In this document: one piece after another, positions 52,848 through 64,000 of the stretch
Layout: each line of letters opens with the position of its first letter
Position numbering within the stretch: the first letter of the stretch is position 1
Source: Amoebidium appalachense
Lineage: Eukaryota > Protista > Ichthyosporea
Length of the DNA stretch: 64,000 bases
NCBI GenBank assembly: GCA_963693365.1
Contig: CAVNZM010000001.1
Span: forward strand, 12,426,161 to 12,490,160
Direction of reading: 5' to 3'
The notes under the pieces: model-generated
The model's input: the letters and a program-made list of their open reading frames with translations, nothing else
Databases searched by the model: none
Told to the model about the DNA's origin: nothing
Position numbers and translations under genes: made by a program

Positions 52848-54256
52848 ATTCACCCTGTCCATCCGTGCTTACCCGCTACACCCACATCCACGAGTGTGCA
52901 TCGATTGTCATGCCGTTGCATGCATTATCGTGTGAGGTGCTGCCCTTGTTCAACGAAAGCCACACCATAACGTAAAACGATCTTCTTCGTTCTGACCACA
53001 CATCTCTCTTTCTCTTTTTCTTTTTTTTTTGCTTACCCTTTTCAACCGGCCGATACCCTACTGCATTCGTAACCAGTCCCATTTGTGTTTTTCTGAAAGA
53101 TCAATGTTTTGGTGCCCACGTATCCATTTCCTTTTTAGGTTGGTTAGTGCTGGTGTGACCTATTTTTTTTTCCCCTTTTTCATGGGCAACATGTGATGTG
53201 TATACTTGAGCTGATGGTTCGGTGTCTGGGGTGGGTACCATTTTATCGGGTTAAACAGGTAAATGTGGAAAAAAGAAAAAAGAAAGAAAGAGGGGGGAGG
53301 GGGAGAGCGAGAAGGGGAAGGAGGAAGGAAAATCGGGAGAGAAGGGGAGGGGAAACAGGTGGGAGGGGAGAGGAGAGGAGAGACAGAAAGCGTGTGTGAG
53401 TCTAGCTGCAACCGTGACTTTATTATCCTAATAGTGCGTCTGTTCCCTCACCCCCCCCCCCCTAATGATGCTTTTGTGGTGCCGAGCAGCTGTGGAGGAA
53501 TAAGCTGGATGAGTCTGGGGCTTTGTCTGATACCCCCGGGGAGCCTGCCTACTATGACCCCCACTACACCGTCACTTACCCCCACAACCAGGTATGCACG
53601 CTAACGGTTATGCGTGGAGGTGGGGAGGACTTATGGAGCAAAGAAAAAACGAGGTCTGGATGATGCTGCATAACACACACACACACACGCGCGCGCGCGC
53701 GCGCGCACGCACACACATGCACATACCCATGTATATGCACACACGCACACACGCGGGCTCGCATGCACACACCCTCACACATGTGCATGGGCACCTGCTG
53801 AGGATGGGCTCTACTTGTCATACATGCTCTTTGTGTGTATTCTTTTCATAATCTGCATTATGTTGTCCTTGCAAAATATACGACACAACCTGCAATCTAA
53901 AGACCTAAGATGCACACTCTGTATCTGCTTTGCAGAATCACTCTGTGTTGCCCATCGTGATTGTGTTGTGTTTACTCTGTAACACATTCAAACCCCCCCG
54001 CCCCCCCACTCTTTTTACATGCTAACCCCCCCCCCCCCCCTTGAAATTTCAGCCGCAGCAGCAGGTGCAGTACACCACGCAGTATGGGCTGGGTGCCCAG
54101 CAGGCGGCTACGGCATATGTTCCCCCCCAGCCCGCAGTCGATCCCTACAGCCAATTGCAAGTATGTATTCACATCACATTAAGCCCCCCCCCCCCCCCCC
54201 CATTCACCGCAACCACACACGCAACACACACACCACACACGTGCGCGCGTGCGCAT

Positions 54257-54306
<50 letters not shown>

Positions 54307-54868
54307 CATACACGCAGAAGAAGCATGTTTTCTTGCCTTATGTCCGTTTTTTGAGTTGTCTTTTCTTTCTTTTTCTCCCCTTTTTCCCCCTCCCCCCGCT
54401 GTCTGAGTTGGAGAGTCGTATATACGCGGGCTAAGGGGTCGAAACTCAGACCCAATTGATGACTTGGGCCCTCCCTGAGGATGGGCTCTGCTTATGACGC
54501 ATACTGTGCGCATGGCTGATGTTGCATACTTGAATGTTTGCCTTTGCATGTGTCCTGCACCATGCTTCTCATCGTGTATGCGTACTTCGTACCGTGTTCC
54601 GCATTCAACCCCCCTCCCCCCCCCCCCCCACCCGCACCGCACCCATTTCCCCTTCTCACCCCAACGCTGTTGTGTGGTTTTTTCTGTATCCCCATCACAA
54701 TCTTTCCTAATGGGTTTGCGCATACACCTTACTCACGTGTTTGCCCGCATGCACGTGTGAGTTTTCTCTCGCCCCTCATCTAGCCTGGTAGATTCGGCAA
54801 GGAGTAAATTCGTGGGTGGGTGTGTCGGGGTTGAGGGTTTGCCCCGGGAGGGGGGGGGGGTAAGGCTT

Positions 54869-54938
<70 letters not shown>

Positions 54939-55160
54939 TCTTAGGTTTTCTGACTCCCTGTGTAGTACAGTGCCCAGATGTTTGCTCAGCAGCAGCAGCA
55001 ACAGCCACAGGTCCCCTCTACGGTATTTATCACACACACACAACCCTTTCCTCTCCTTCCCTTTAGAGAAAAGAAAGGAAGAAAGAAACAAGAAAACGAA
55101 GAAGACACTCCTGCATGCATGCCCATCCACAGGCGTATGCACCTGCACAACACACACACA

Positions 55161-55220
<60 letters not shown>

Positions 55221-56209
55221 CACACATGTAACGGGCACTGATGATGAATTGACCTCTCCCCGGGTCGGGAATGTGGGCTCTATGGTTATAAGCTCCTGGT
55301 GTTTTCCTTTTCCTTAGATTTTCTTTCTTTCTTTTTTTCCCAGACATGTCGGCATTCCAAATATGCGGAACAATAAACTTCTACCATGTACTTCATATGT
55401 GTTTCACCAGCCACTTTTTCCCCTTTGAGGATGGGCTCTGCTTATTATGCATGCTTTTTAATGTGTGATTTGCGCTTTGCGTTGTGCTTTTTCCATCACG
55501 ACTGTGTACCTCGTGCTCTGTAAAGCATTTAAACACCGCACTCTCAGCAGCGGCGCAAGCATACTTGTTGAACATGTCCCAAAAAAAACCAAAAAAAAAA
55601 CAACCTACCTCCTCACCCAATCCCCCCCCCCCCCCCCCCCCTCCCCCTCCCCCCCCTTCTTTCTTTTCCTTCTCTCGCATTGGCTACAGGTCACGGCAGC
55701 GGCACAAGCAGTAGCCAGTCAGATGGGGATGGGTGGTGTGGGCCAGCGCATGGTTGGTGCGGGTGGTGGGCAGGTGGCGCCCCCACAGGCAAACCTGCCG
55801 CAGCAGCAGCCACAGTATGGGGCATACCCCCAACAGTACTATGCGGCTACACAACAGAACCTCGCACAGCAGGCCAACAGCCAGTACTACGGTGCGTGGG
55901 TGTGTGGCGGAGGGTGGGGGTGGTGTGGGTGGGTGGTGTGTGGGGGGGTGTGTGTGGGTGGGTGGGGGGGGGGGGGGGGGGGAAGGGGGGCGGGGGGAGA
56001 GGTGGGCGGGTGTGTGTGTGTGGGGGGGGGGGGGGGAGGAGGGGGCCGGGGGGATGGGGAGGAAGGGAATGAGGCTTTTTCAAAATTTTGTTTTTTTTTG
56101 TTTTTTTTTTGTTTTTTTGCCCGGAGGGAGAGAGAGGGGAGGGGGGGGGGGGGGGGGGGTTGGAGTGGTCTGGGTCTGCTTGTGTGCGTGCTTGGATTAT
56201 ATGGGGGAG

Positions 56210-56252
<43 letters not shown>

Positions 56253-56258
56253 AATGGA

Positions 56259-56303
<45 letters not shown>

Positions 56304-56639
56304 TGTGTACGTGATCGTGCGCTTTTGAGAGGGAAAGGGTAGGGATGGAAGGGGGGGGGGGGGGGGGGGGGAGGGATGAATGGGGGAGGGGGGGGGGGGG
56401 GGGATGAATGTGTATCTATGTGTTCGTGTGTGTGCTCTCCCTACAAGGACATCACTGCTCACCCCTCCACATCGCCTGCTCGGTGTACAATCCCCCCCTC
56501 CCCCCCCCCCCCCCCCCCCCCCCTCCTCCTCCTCCTCCTCCTCCTCCCCCTCTCCCTCCTCTCCCAAGGCACATTTTGTGTGCTCTTTGTTGGATATTCT
56601 GCTTTGTGTCCATAACACATTCCCTCCCCTCCCCCCCCC

Positions 56640-56720
<81 letters not shown>

Positions 56721-56964
56721 ACCCCCATCCCTCTCTATCCCCTTCCCAGCCCGTCCCAAGACATGCCAGTTTCAGTTTATTCATTATGTGTTTTGTGTTC
56801 AATCAGATGCACTAACATGGTGTTGCAGTGACCAACGTGTACCAGCAGTACAACAAACAGCCCCAACTGCCACAGACAGACGGCCCGGCAGACGACACAA
56901 CACAACTCAGCCCGGACGACGAGAGACGGGTATGTGTCCTTTCTGTATTCTCTCCTTGCTCAAG

Positions 56965-56995
<31 letters not shown>

Positions 56996-57291
56996 TTCCC
57001 CCCCCCCTTCCCGTTGCCCTTCCGACACACTCACACTCATACTCACACTCACTCAACACTCACACCGACCGTATCCCACCACAGCCGGCCCCTCTCCCCT
57101 CCTCCTTCCTTCCAGAGCATCCTGTGTTTACGATCCTTTCCTGCATTACCACGTCATCCCCCATGTTCCCCCGCCCCCCCCTGCCCGCCCTCCCTCTCTC
57201 ATCCATTCCTCGTCACCGTTTCATGTCTGTTCCGTACATTTGGTAAGTTCGCGCTAACATCTCTCTCTCTCTCTCTCTCTTTCTCCCCCCC

Positions 57292-57322
<31 letters not shown>

Positions 57323-57762
57323 ACACACACACACCCCTCCCCTTTTCTCTGTCTGTGCCACAGCTTGCGGACCAGATGCTAGCACGCATGTGCATGGAGA
57401 GAGAGGCAGCCAGGCAACCAAAAAAGGGCAACAAAACCACCTCCGAAATTCCACAGCTGGACGGGGTTAACGTGAACGCGTCCGGACGGGTAGGTTGTCC
57501 AGTGTACTGATGTAATGGTTGTGTGTGATTTGGGCTGTGTGTTTGTGTGTAGCGCATTAAAAATCCCCCCCCCCCTTCTCTATCCCCTTTTCTCTCTTCC
57601 TGATAGGGAATATGCCACCCGACTTATGCTGCATGCTGGTTGTCTGGGTTTACCTCTTTCTTTTATTCTATATTCTGAATAATATCTCGTATGTGTCTCC
57701 TTCGTTTTTTCAAGGTGCACAGCCCGTGCTTAAGTAGAATGGACTTTGAGTTACTGTGGACG

Positions 57763-57793
<31 letters not shown>

Positions 57794-57832
57794 TTCTCCT
57801 CCCTCCTCTCCTCTCTCCCTCCCTCTCTGTCT

Positions 57833-57863
<31 letters not shown>

Positions 57864-58643
57864 CCCACCCACCCACCCACCCACACACATGCACACATGC
57901 ACACATACGTATTCCCAGGATGTGCCGCACTTGTGTTGCAAGCTGTGTTTTTTGCTCATTTGGGCGTTATGTTATTCCTTTATTGCGTATCCACACCACG
58001 TCATTTGTTGTTGCGTATCTTCATGACATGATCTGAAGCTTGCGCTTCACAGGGCACCCCATTCTGAAACAACCCCCCCCCCCCCCCCCCCCCCCCCCCC
58101 AAAGGGTCGAAAGTCAGACGCAATTGATGACTTGGGCCCTCCCTGAGGATGGACTCTGCTTATGTTGCATACTGTGCGCATTGCTGATGTTGCATACTTG
58201 AATGTTTGCCTTTGCATGCGTCCTGCGCCATGCTTCTCATCGTGTATGCGTACTCCGTACCGTGTTCCGCATTCAAACCCCCCCCTCCCCCCCCTTGAGG
58301 ATGGGCTCTGCTTGTGATGCATACTCTTATATGTGCTTTGCTATCTGCATTTGGTTGTGTTTGTTCAGTCATCATGTGTGCTTCGGCCTTCATAACACAT
58401 GCCCCCCCCCCCCCCCCCCCCCCTTTTCCCTCCTCAACAGCAATACCAAGACCTAGACAGTGAGAACCTCGGGAGTGATCTTGACGAGCCAGATGAGGAT
58501 GATGGGGACGAGGACTCAGAGACAGACCACCTGGTATTATGCCAGTTCGACAAGGTGCGTACGTGGGTGTGTGGGTGTGTGTGTGTGTCTGTGTGGGGGT
58601 GGGGGTGAAGGGGGGAGGGTGTGGGTGGATGGGTGTGGGTTGT

Positions 58644-58684
<41 letters not shown>

Positions 58685-59007
58685 AAGTGGGTATGTGGGT
58701 GGATGGGTTTGTGAGGCGGGGAGGGGCGTGATGGGGTGGAGTGTGGGTGGGTGGGTGGGTGTGGTTGTGGGTGGGTGGGTGTGTGTGCATGCAATTGTGT
58801 GTTTGTATGGGGAGGTTTGGGGGGGGGGGGGGGGGGGGGGGGGAACAGGTATGTTAGAAGTCTACAAGGTGGCAGCGAATCCTAGAAACCACGGTAAAGG
58901 TTTTGTGTCTGTGTGGTTGGATGTGCCTGTATGCTCGATAGAGGCATGTCATTTGCCTGTGTGGGGAGAAGGATAACGGGAGACCTTTTTTGTCCCTTTC
59001 CCTTGGG

Positions 59008-59044
<37 letters not shown>

Positions 59045-59264
59045 AGTGGGAGATATGTTTTCCCTTCCCGGATATGGATCTCCGAAAGCCTTATTCCTTT
59101 TATATGAGGACTGGCTGGTTGCTGGCAGCGGGGGCTGACAGCAGTATTTTTTTCAGGTGACGCGCAACAAGAACAAATGGAAGGTGGTGCTGAAGGACGG
59201 GGTCATGCACCTCAACAACAGGGACTATGTTTTCCACAAGGCCAATGGCGACTTTGAGTGGTAG
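52585..59264 (+). CDS. GTF2A1: Transcription initiation factor IIA large subunit (alpha/beta); start codon exon not resolved
   Basis: Exons 52585-52686 (KTLYEDVMNDVI..EFENEGVDDHVLGEL), 53490-53591 (LWRNKL), 54053-54160, 54966-55022, 55690-55891, 56829-56929, 57364-57489, 58441-58554 (LGSDLD..HLVLCQFDK) and 59157-59264 (VTRNKNKWKVVLKDGVMHLNNRDYVFHKANGDFEW*), all in phase. Confidence 0.95.
54398..54609 (+). mobile_element. Intronic SINE-like repeat, full-length copy
   Basis: Matches 27735-27947 (reverse). Flanked by C-runs on both sides. A-box-like TGTCTGAGTTGG (54400) and B-box-like GGGTCGAAACT (54436). Confidence 0.85.
58103..58324 (+). mobile_element. 5'-truncated SINE-like copy plus tandem partial restart
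   Basis: 58103-58278 aligns to 54434-54609; the core motif TGAGGATGGGCTCTGCTT restarts at 58296 after a C-run. Confidence 0.8.
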
Positions 59265-59397
59265 TGAATTTATCTTCCTTTTTTTTTCTTTTTTTTTTTC
59301 TTTTTTTGATTAAGAAAAAGTATACAATGCAATGATCCCAAAAAGTACACCTAGTATCTGCCTGAAACATATCCCCCCCCCCCCCCCCCCCCCCCCC

Positions 59398-59431
<34 letters not shown>

Positions 59432-60517
59432 ATCGTTCAACTTGTTTGGCCGCATGAATAAGGTGTTGATAAATGGGCAGAAATCCGTCTATAGGGCAGG
59501 AGGTCCTAGAGATGGCATAAGTTTGTCTTAGACGTTTTTCGACAGTTACACACAAACACATGCTTGCACGAACACGCCGCGTGCGCACGCACAGACACAA
59601 TGCGCACGCACAAACACACACACAGTGTCACACATGCACAGGGGGTACAACGCCCTTGCACTACACCCACACATACGTACATGTATAAATTTACGCACGT
59701 GCATGAACAGACTGAAGGCTTAGCGCGTGTGTGCGTGTGCAAAACATATTGACACGTGTGCGCGTGCTTGTCGGGCGTGTCTCTCTCCCCTGGTGGTGAC
59801 TTGCTATTACGATGAATCATGCGTTGTTTGGTTAGGCGCCCCCGCCCCGTTCAAAGAGGGAAAGGGGTTGCAACCATTGTACAGCATTGATTTAAGTTTC
59901 TCTCTTTTTAAAGATGTAATAATCGATAATTCGCATATTATTGAACATAGTAGATACCCGTACGCTGGTCTATTTTTGGTTGCTGGTTCAATCAAGGTGG
60001 ATATAGTGACTCCTAGGAATAAAGTTGTTCATTACAAGTCGGACGGATGCACATGAGTTATAATAAATTTATTGAAAATCATAGGTGAGCATGCATACAT
60101 ATAATGTACACATGGCCAGAGACTCGGGCTGTTCAAATATGGTACAGTGTACACGTGACTCCAAATTGGAAATATATCGATATATCGACATCTCAGATCG
60201 ACTGCCTGCTGCTCACGATCCTGCACATAATCGAACACGTGCATGTGGGACAAAAAATGGAACACGCTTCAACACGCCACTCCCGAACCTAATTCCCAGC
60301 CGTTAATTCACACTTCACAGCACGCTCCCAAATACAGTAGCCTATATCACACACATGCGCAAATGCACATACACGTGCACCGTGCACATACTGGGAAAGT
60401 TGGCGATGAATTAGTCCAAGACATGACGTTGTTGCTTATATGTATAAACGACCTAGTGGGTTCCCCACAGCGATCTGGGCCCAATCTCGGTTAGAGTATG
60501 TTTTTGTGTACACTGTA

Positions 60518-60561
60518 GGGCCTCCGGCAGTGTCCAAGCAATAAAAAGTGTGTAAACCCCC
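60518..60561 (+). mobile_element. Isolated 3' terminus of the small-ORF cassette
   Basis: GGGCCTCCGGCAGTGTCCAAGCAATAAAAAGTGTGTAAACCCCC is nearly identical to 4546-4592. Confidence 0.75.
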
Positions 60562-62273
60562 TATGTAAGGTATAGGACCTATAGCCTAACTTCAAAGTTT
60601 CTGAAACCAAGAAAAGCTTCTCCATGATGTGACTTTTTCGACTTTCGCAGTCACCGATTGCTGAAGAGTCAGGCTCGCTCTCGGGCCTTGCTGCGTTCGG
60701 CCCGAGGCTCGCCCTGGCGTGGCGAGCAAAGCGAGCCACGTGCTGGCCATAGACTTGCGTGACGTCTTTACCGTGTAAACCTACATCTTTAGAAGCCGAT
60801 TGAAGCTCTTACAATCGCCCATCTGTCACGATCGCCAGATCTTCCTCCCATACTCCTCCCTATCTCCAAAGACCCAACCCCTAGGTCACAACTTGCCCAA
60901 CAGGATGATCGTGCTCTAGATCTGGAAGCGCATAGCAATTCGCAAACGATCACACGCTTATAGATCCAACAACTAGAGCTTTCTATCATTTAATGGCCAA
61001 TCACAAATCTTCGACCGCCTACCAGTGATCTAACGTAAGACACACCAATCACATAATGCTATGCGATCCCATATCACCAAGGATTTGGCCCGGCAAGAAT
61101 TTGCTTTTTTGCCCAGATGTATTGATTGGTCAAGAGGGCATCATCGGAACGCTCATAGATTCGGGCAGATTGGGGCATCTGATTGGAGGTCCCTACCATC
61201 TATTTTGCTAGCTAATTGCCGGCCAACAGCTCAGTCCTTTCCCCCTCCCCATACCGCTTCTCTATCTCCTTAGACCCAATCTTTCGGTCACGTGACCGTC
61301 CCTTTTCTGACCGAGATTGGGAATAACAGTCTGCTTTACATGCATATTGTTGGCTGTAGCACAAGTGCCTCCTACATGTGTTTACATATTTGAAAGCGGT
61401 AGAAAGTTTTGGTTAAATCTATAATATACTGTTACTGCTCCTTTTACTATATTTTCTATATGCATGCAAATAAGGTACCATAATATGGCTCCGCTTGAAG
61501 TTCTTGGAGACATTTTCGAAGTATTGAGTCTACACGCTTTGGACTACAGACATCACGTACAGAAAACACGTACAGGGCCACCATAGGTGCGTTGCTGATT
61601 GGATGACGGCGCGAGTTCGTGAGGCGGCATGAGGCAGGGCTTGAAATTGTACTAAGTTATGTCCTGCAGGTATACGTAGCCTTATTGGAGAAAAAGGAAA
61701 CGTTTTATCTTTCTGAGGGCGTTTTTTCCCATTAATATGAGCCTGCTAAGGTTCGTGGTGGTCTAAATTTCAATTCTGTGCCCTATTTCTACCTCTCGGC
61801 TTGTACCTCGCCATAGTGCGGCCAAGATTCCTCCATCCAAGATCTGATTGGCAGGTGTGTTCAACTTGATTCGTGATATGCGGTTTTTGAGAATCCCGAA
61901 ATCGCAGCCTCATCTTCTTTGTATGCATGTTTGCTCCCTTCTAGTAGCTGTGCATGCTCGTTGTTGTTACTGTTTATACGCTACATATGTAGCTAAGTTT
62001 CACGTATATTAAGGCCTTTATGCTAACGTTCTCAAAAGTTGCCCCATCATACCCTACGGCAATACAACGGGGCCAGCGGGCGACTAGGCGATATGCAACT
62101 TGGTTCGAACTTTGTATGAGAAGAGGAATTTCGGAATATTCGAATTCTGAGACGGTGCACTCAATCTGGTATATGTATACCGTGCACACGTGCGTTGTGT
62201 GTGTGCCTGTGTATATTTTTTGGAGCCGGGGAGGGGGAGGGGGAGGGGGAGGGGGAGGGGGGGGGGGGGGGGG

Positions 62274-62398
<125 letters not shown>

Positions 62399-64000
62399 CA
62401 AAATTATGCCCAGCAGCTCCAGCTATTATTATAAATTAGTCCTGAGTTCAAAAGATGCGGCTGACGAAATTCGACTCAGTCGGTCCCCGATCTGCCATCC
62501 ACCCGGGCAGGGCGCCGCCATGCGGCCGCATCATCAATATTCATGATGTAGCAGTAGGTAACCAAGGCACCCCTCCAAAAAAAATATAACACATCAATTT
62601 CTGTGCAACTGAATAAAAAATACACACCTTGTGTCTTCAACCTCGTACTATAACATGCGATTGCGGCGCCGCCGGCTCCGGCCGGCTAAAAGTAGCCGTC
62701 CGGACATGGAGCTCACGAACACCCAGGGGGATACTAGGGGGACCTACACGATAAAGCGAACGCCGAACTGTGTTCCAAAGGGCTCCCCTTTGGAAGCTTT
62801 TGCCAGTTTGCTGCAAAATTGGACATACGTATACGGTATACTTTGTCAGTGAAAGTCTACTTTTTGCAAAGTCTGTCTGACGGATGATTCACATGTTTTC
62901 ATCTGACGCAACAAAAGTTTCACCTGTGTAGACTTTTTGCTTCTAATTTTGCCACTCGTTGGTATAAGATTGGCTTAGGCCTTTTTTTTTTTTTTTGCAA
63001 CGTCACTTGTTACTGACTATAACTGATAACCTAGTTGCCCTCCCGTTTTTTTTTCTTGGTGTTTTTTCTTCCCTTCTTGTTCTTCGCTTAAAGTTTTTTG
63101 GGGGGGTGGGAGGGCAGACTGCTCTCTTTCACCTTTTATTGCATACTGCTCTCTTTCACCTTTTATTTTGAGCCAATTTGCGAGTGCGATTTCGTTGAAT
63201 CTATGCATCGTAAAACACACACAACACTCGTTGTCATAGTAAGTTGGTAGCCATGAGAGCACTTTTCACCCATCAACAACATGATCAGTGCTTTGAGCTT
63301 CTCGCGCGACAGGCGAGTTCGTGAAGTTTCCACAGGGAGCCATTTCGGCGGAAAAAATGGCAATGACACACATGCGCTCAGCATAGATGCTGAGGGTTCC
63401 CAGAATTCTGCTTGCTTGACAATGTGCAGCGGCGAAACCGAAGTCAGTTGGGATGGAAAGGACTCCATGGCGAGCCATGGCCATGTTTTGCCTGTGCGAC
63501 GATCGACTTCTGAAGACAAGATTGCAACGAGAGCAGGCGGGCTTTTCAGCGCATCAAAAGCGTTTAATACGTCGCTTTCGCGCCTTTTCACGAAGCAGGT
63601 TTTCTCAACCAAGCGACAGAGTGTTCCTGATTATCACAGTTTGCAGTACAAAAGCAAGTCACATCCGCCCACGTCGAGCAGTGGCGAAATAAGGCAACAT
63701 GAGACTGAACAGGACACAAACTTTCAGCATGTTCCGTCACACATAGAGGTCTATTTGGCATCCATCGAAAAACACTCGAGGGGTTGGGCCGAGGTGCCAT
63801 GTTGTGACGATGCGCCAGGTCCTTCGGACAGAGTCGCTGAAAGTTTTACAAGTCATCCTTTGAATTTTGATCGAGCCCGTTCGTTTTCACATAGCATGAA
63901 GGACATCGGATCTACGAATGTTAACTTCAGTCATCAGCAACAACACACGGGTGAGTCGGACACCTGCCATGAGGATAATGTTGGGCAAAAGAACCCTTAC

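Noticed and set aside
54401-54490. Hammerhead ribozyme in the repeat (CTGAGGA, GAAAC, GTCTGAG/CTCAGAC stem)
   Set aside because: Motif order and stems fit no type I/II/III topology: no CUGANGA lies between the UH site and GAAA, and no stem II + GAAA follows CTGAGGA.
63163-64000. 149-aa minus-strand ORF with a GTAAG donor-like site at the window edge
   Set aside because: May belong to a gene starting outside the window, but the frames conflict and no domain is recognisable.

Overview
Eukaryotic genomic DNA, most likely a unicellular holozoan such as an ichthyosporean (inferred from gene content and intron style, not proven). Introns are about 0.2-1.7 kb and full of poly-G/poly-C, (CA)n, (GA)n and (GCAC)n tracts, so most ORF-track entries are microsatellite artefacts. 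Splicing by hand (GT-AG, phase-checked) gives three confident multi-exon genes: a WD40-containing ATG16 (7203-23724, -), LRRC47 (39371-51122, -) and the TFIIA large subunit (52585-59264, +). Also present: an intronless 7TM protein, an ERF4/golgin-A7-like small protein, a type II membrane protein with GGAI/FxxN beta-helix repeats, and a putative orphan gene divergent from ATG16. The most interesting non-standard signals are four. (1) A ~210-bp intronic repeat family, always sense to its host gene, with Pol III A/B-box-like and C/D-box-like motifs. (2) A compact virus-like small-ORF cassette that appears to be under purifying selection and has a fixed 3' end, seen three times, once inside the arm of a ~2-kb foldback palindrome. 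(3) Five tandem copies of an ATG16 exon end plus its splice donor, which could act as in-frame cassette exons repeating the end of the coiled coil. (4) Probable non-consensus GC splice donors.
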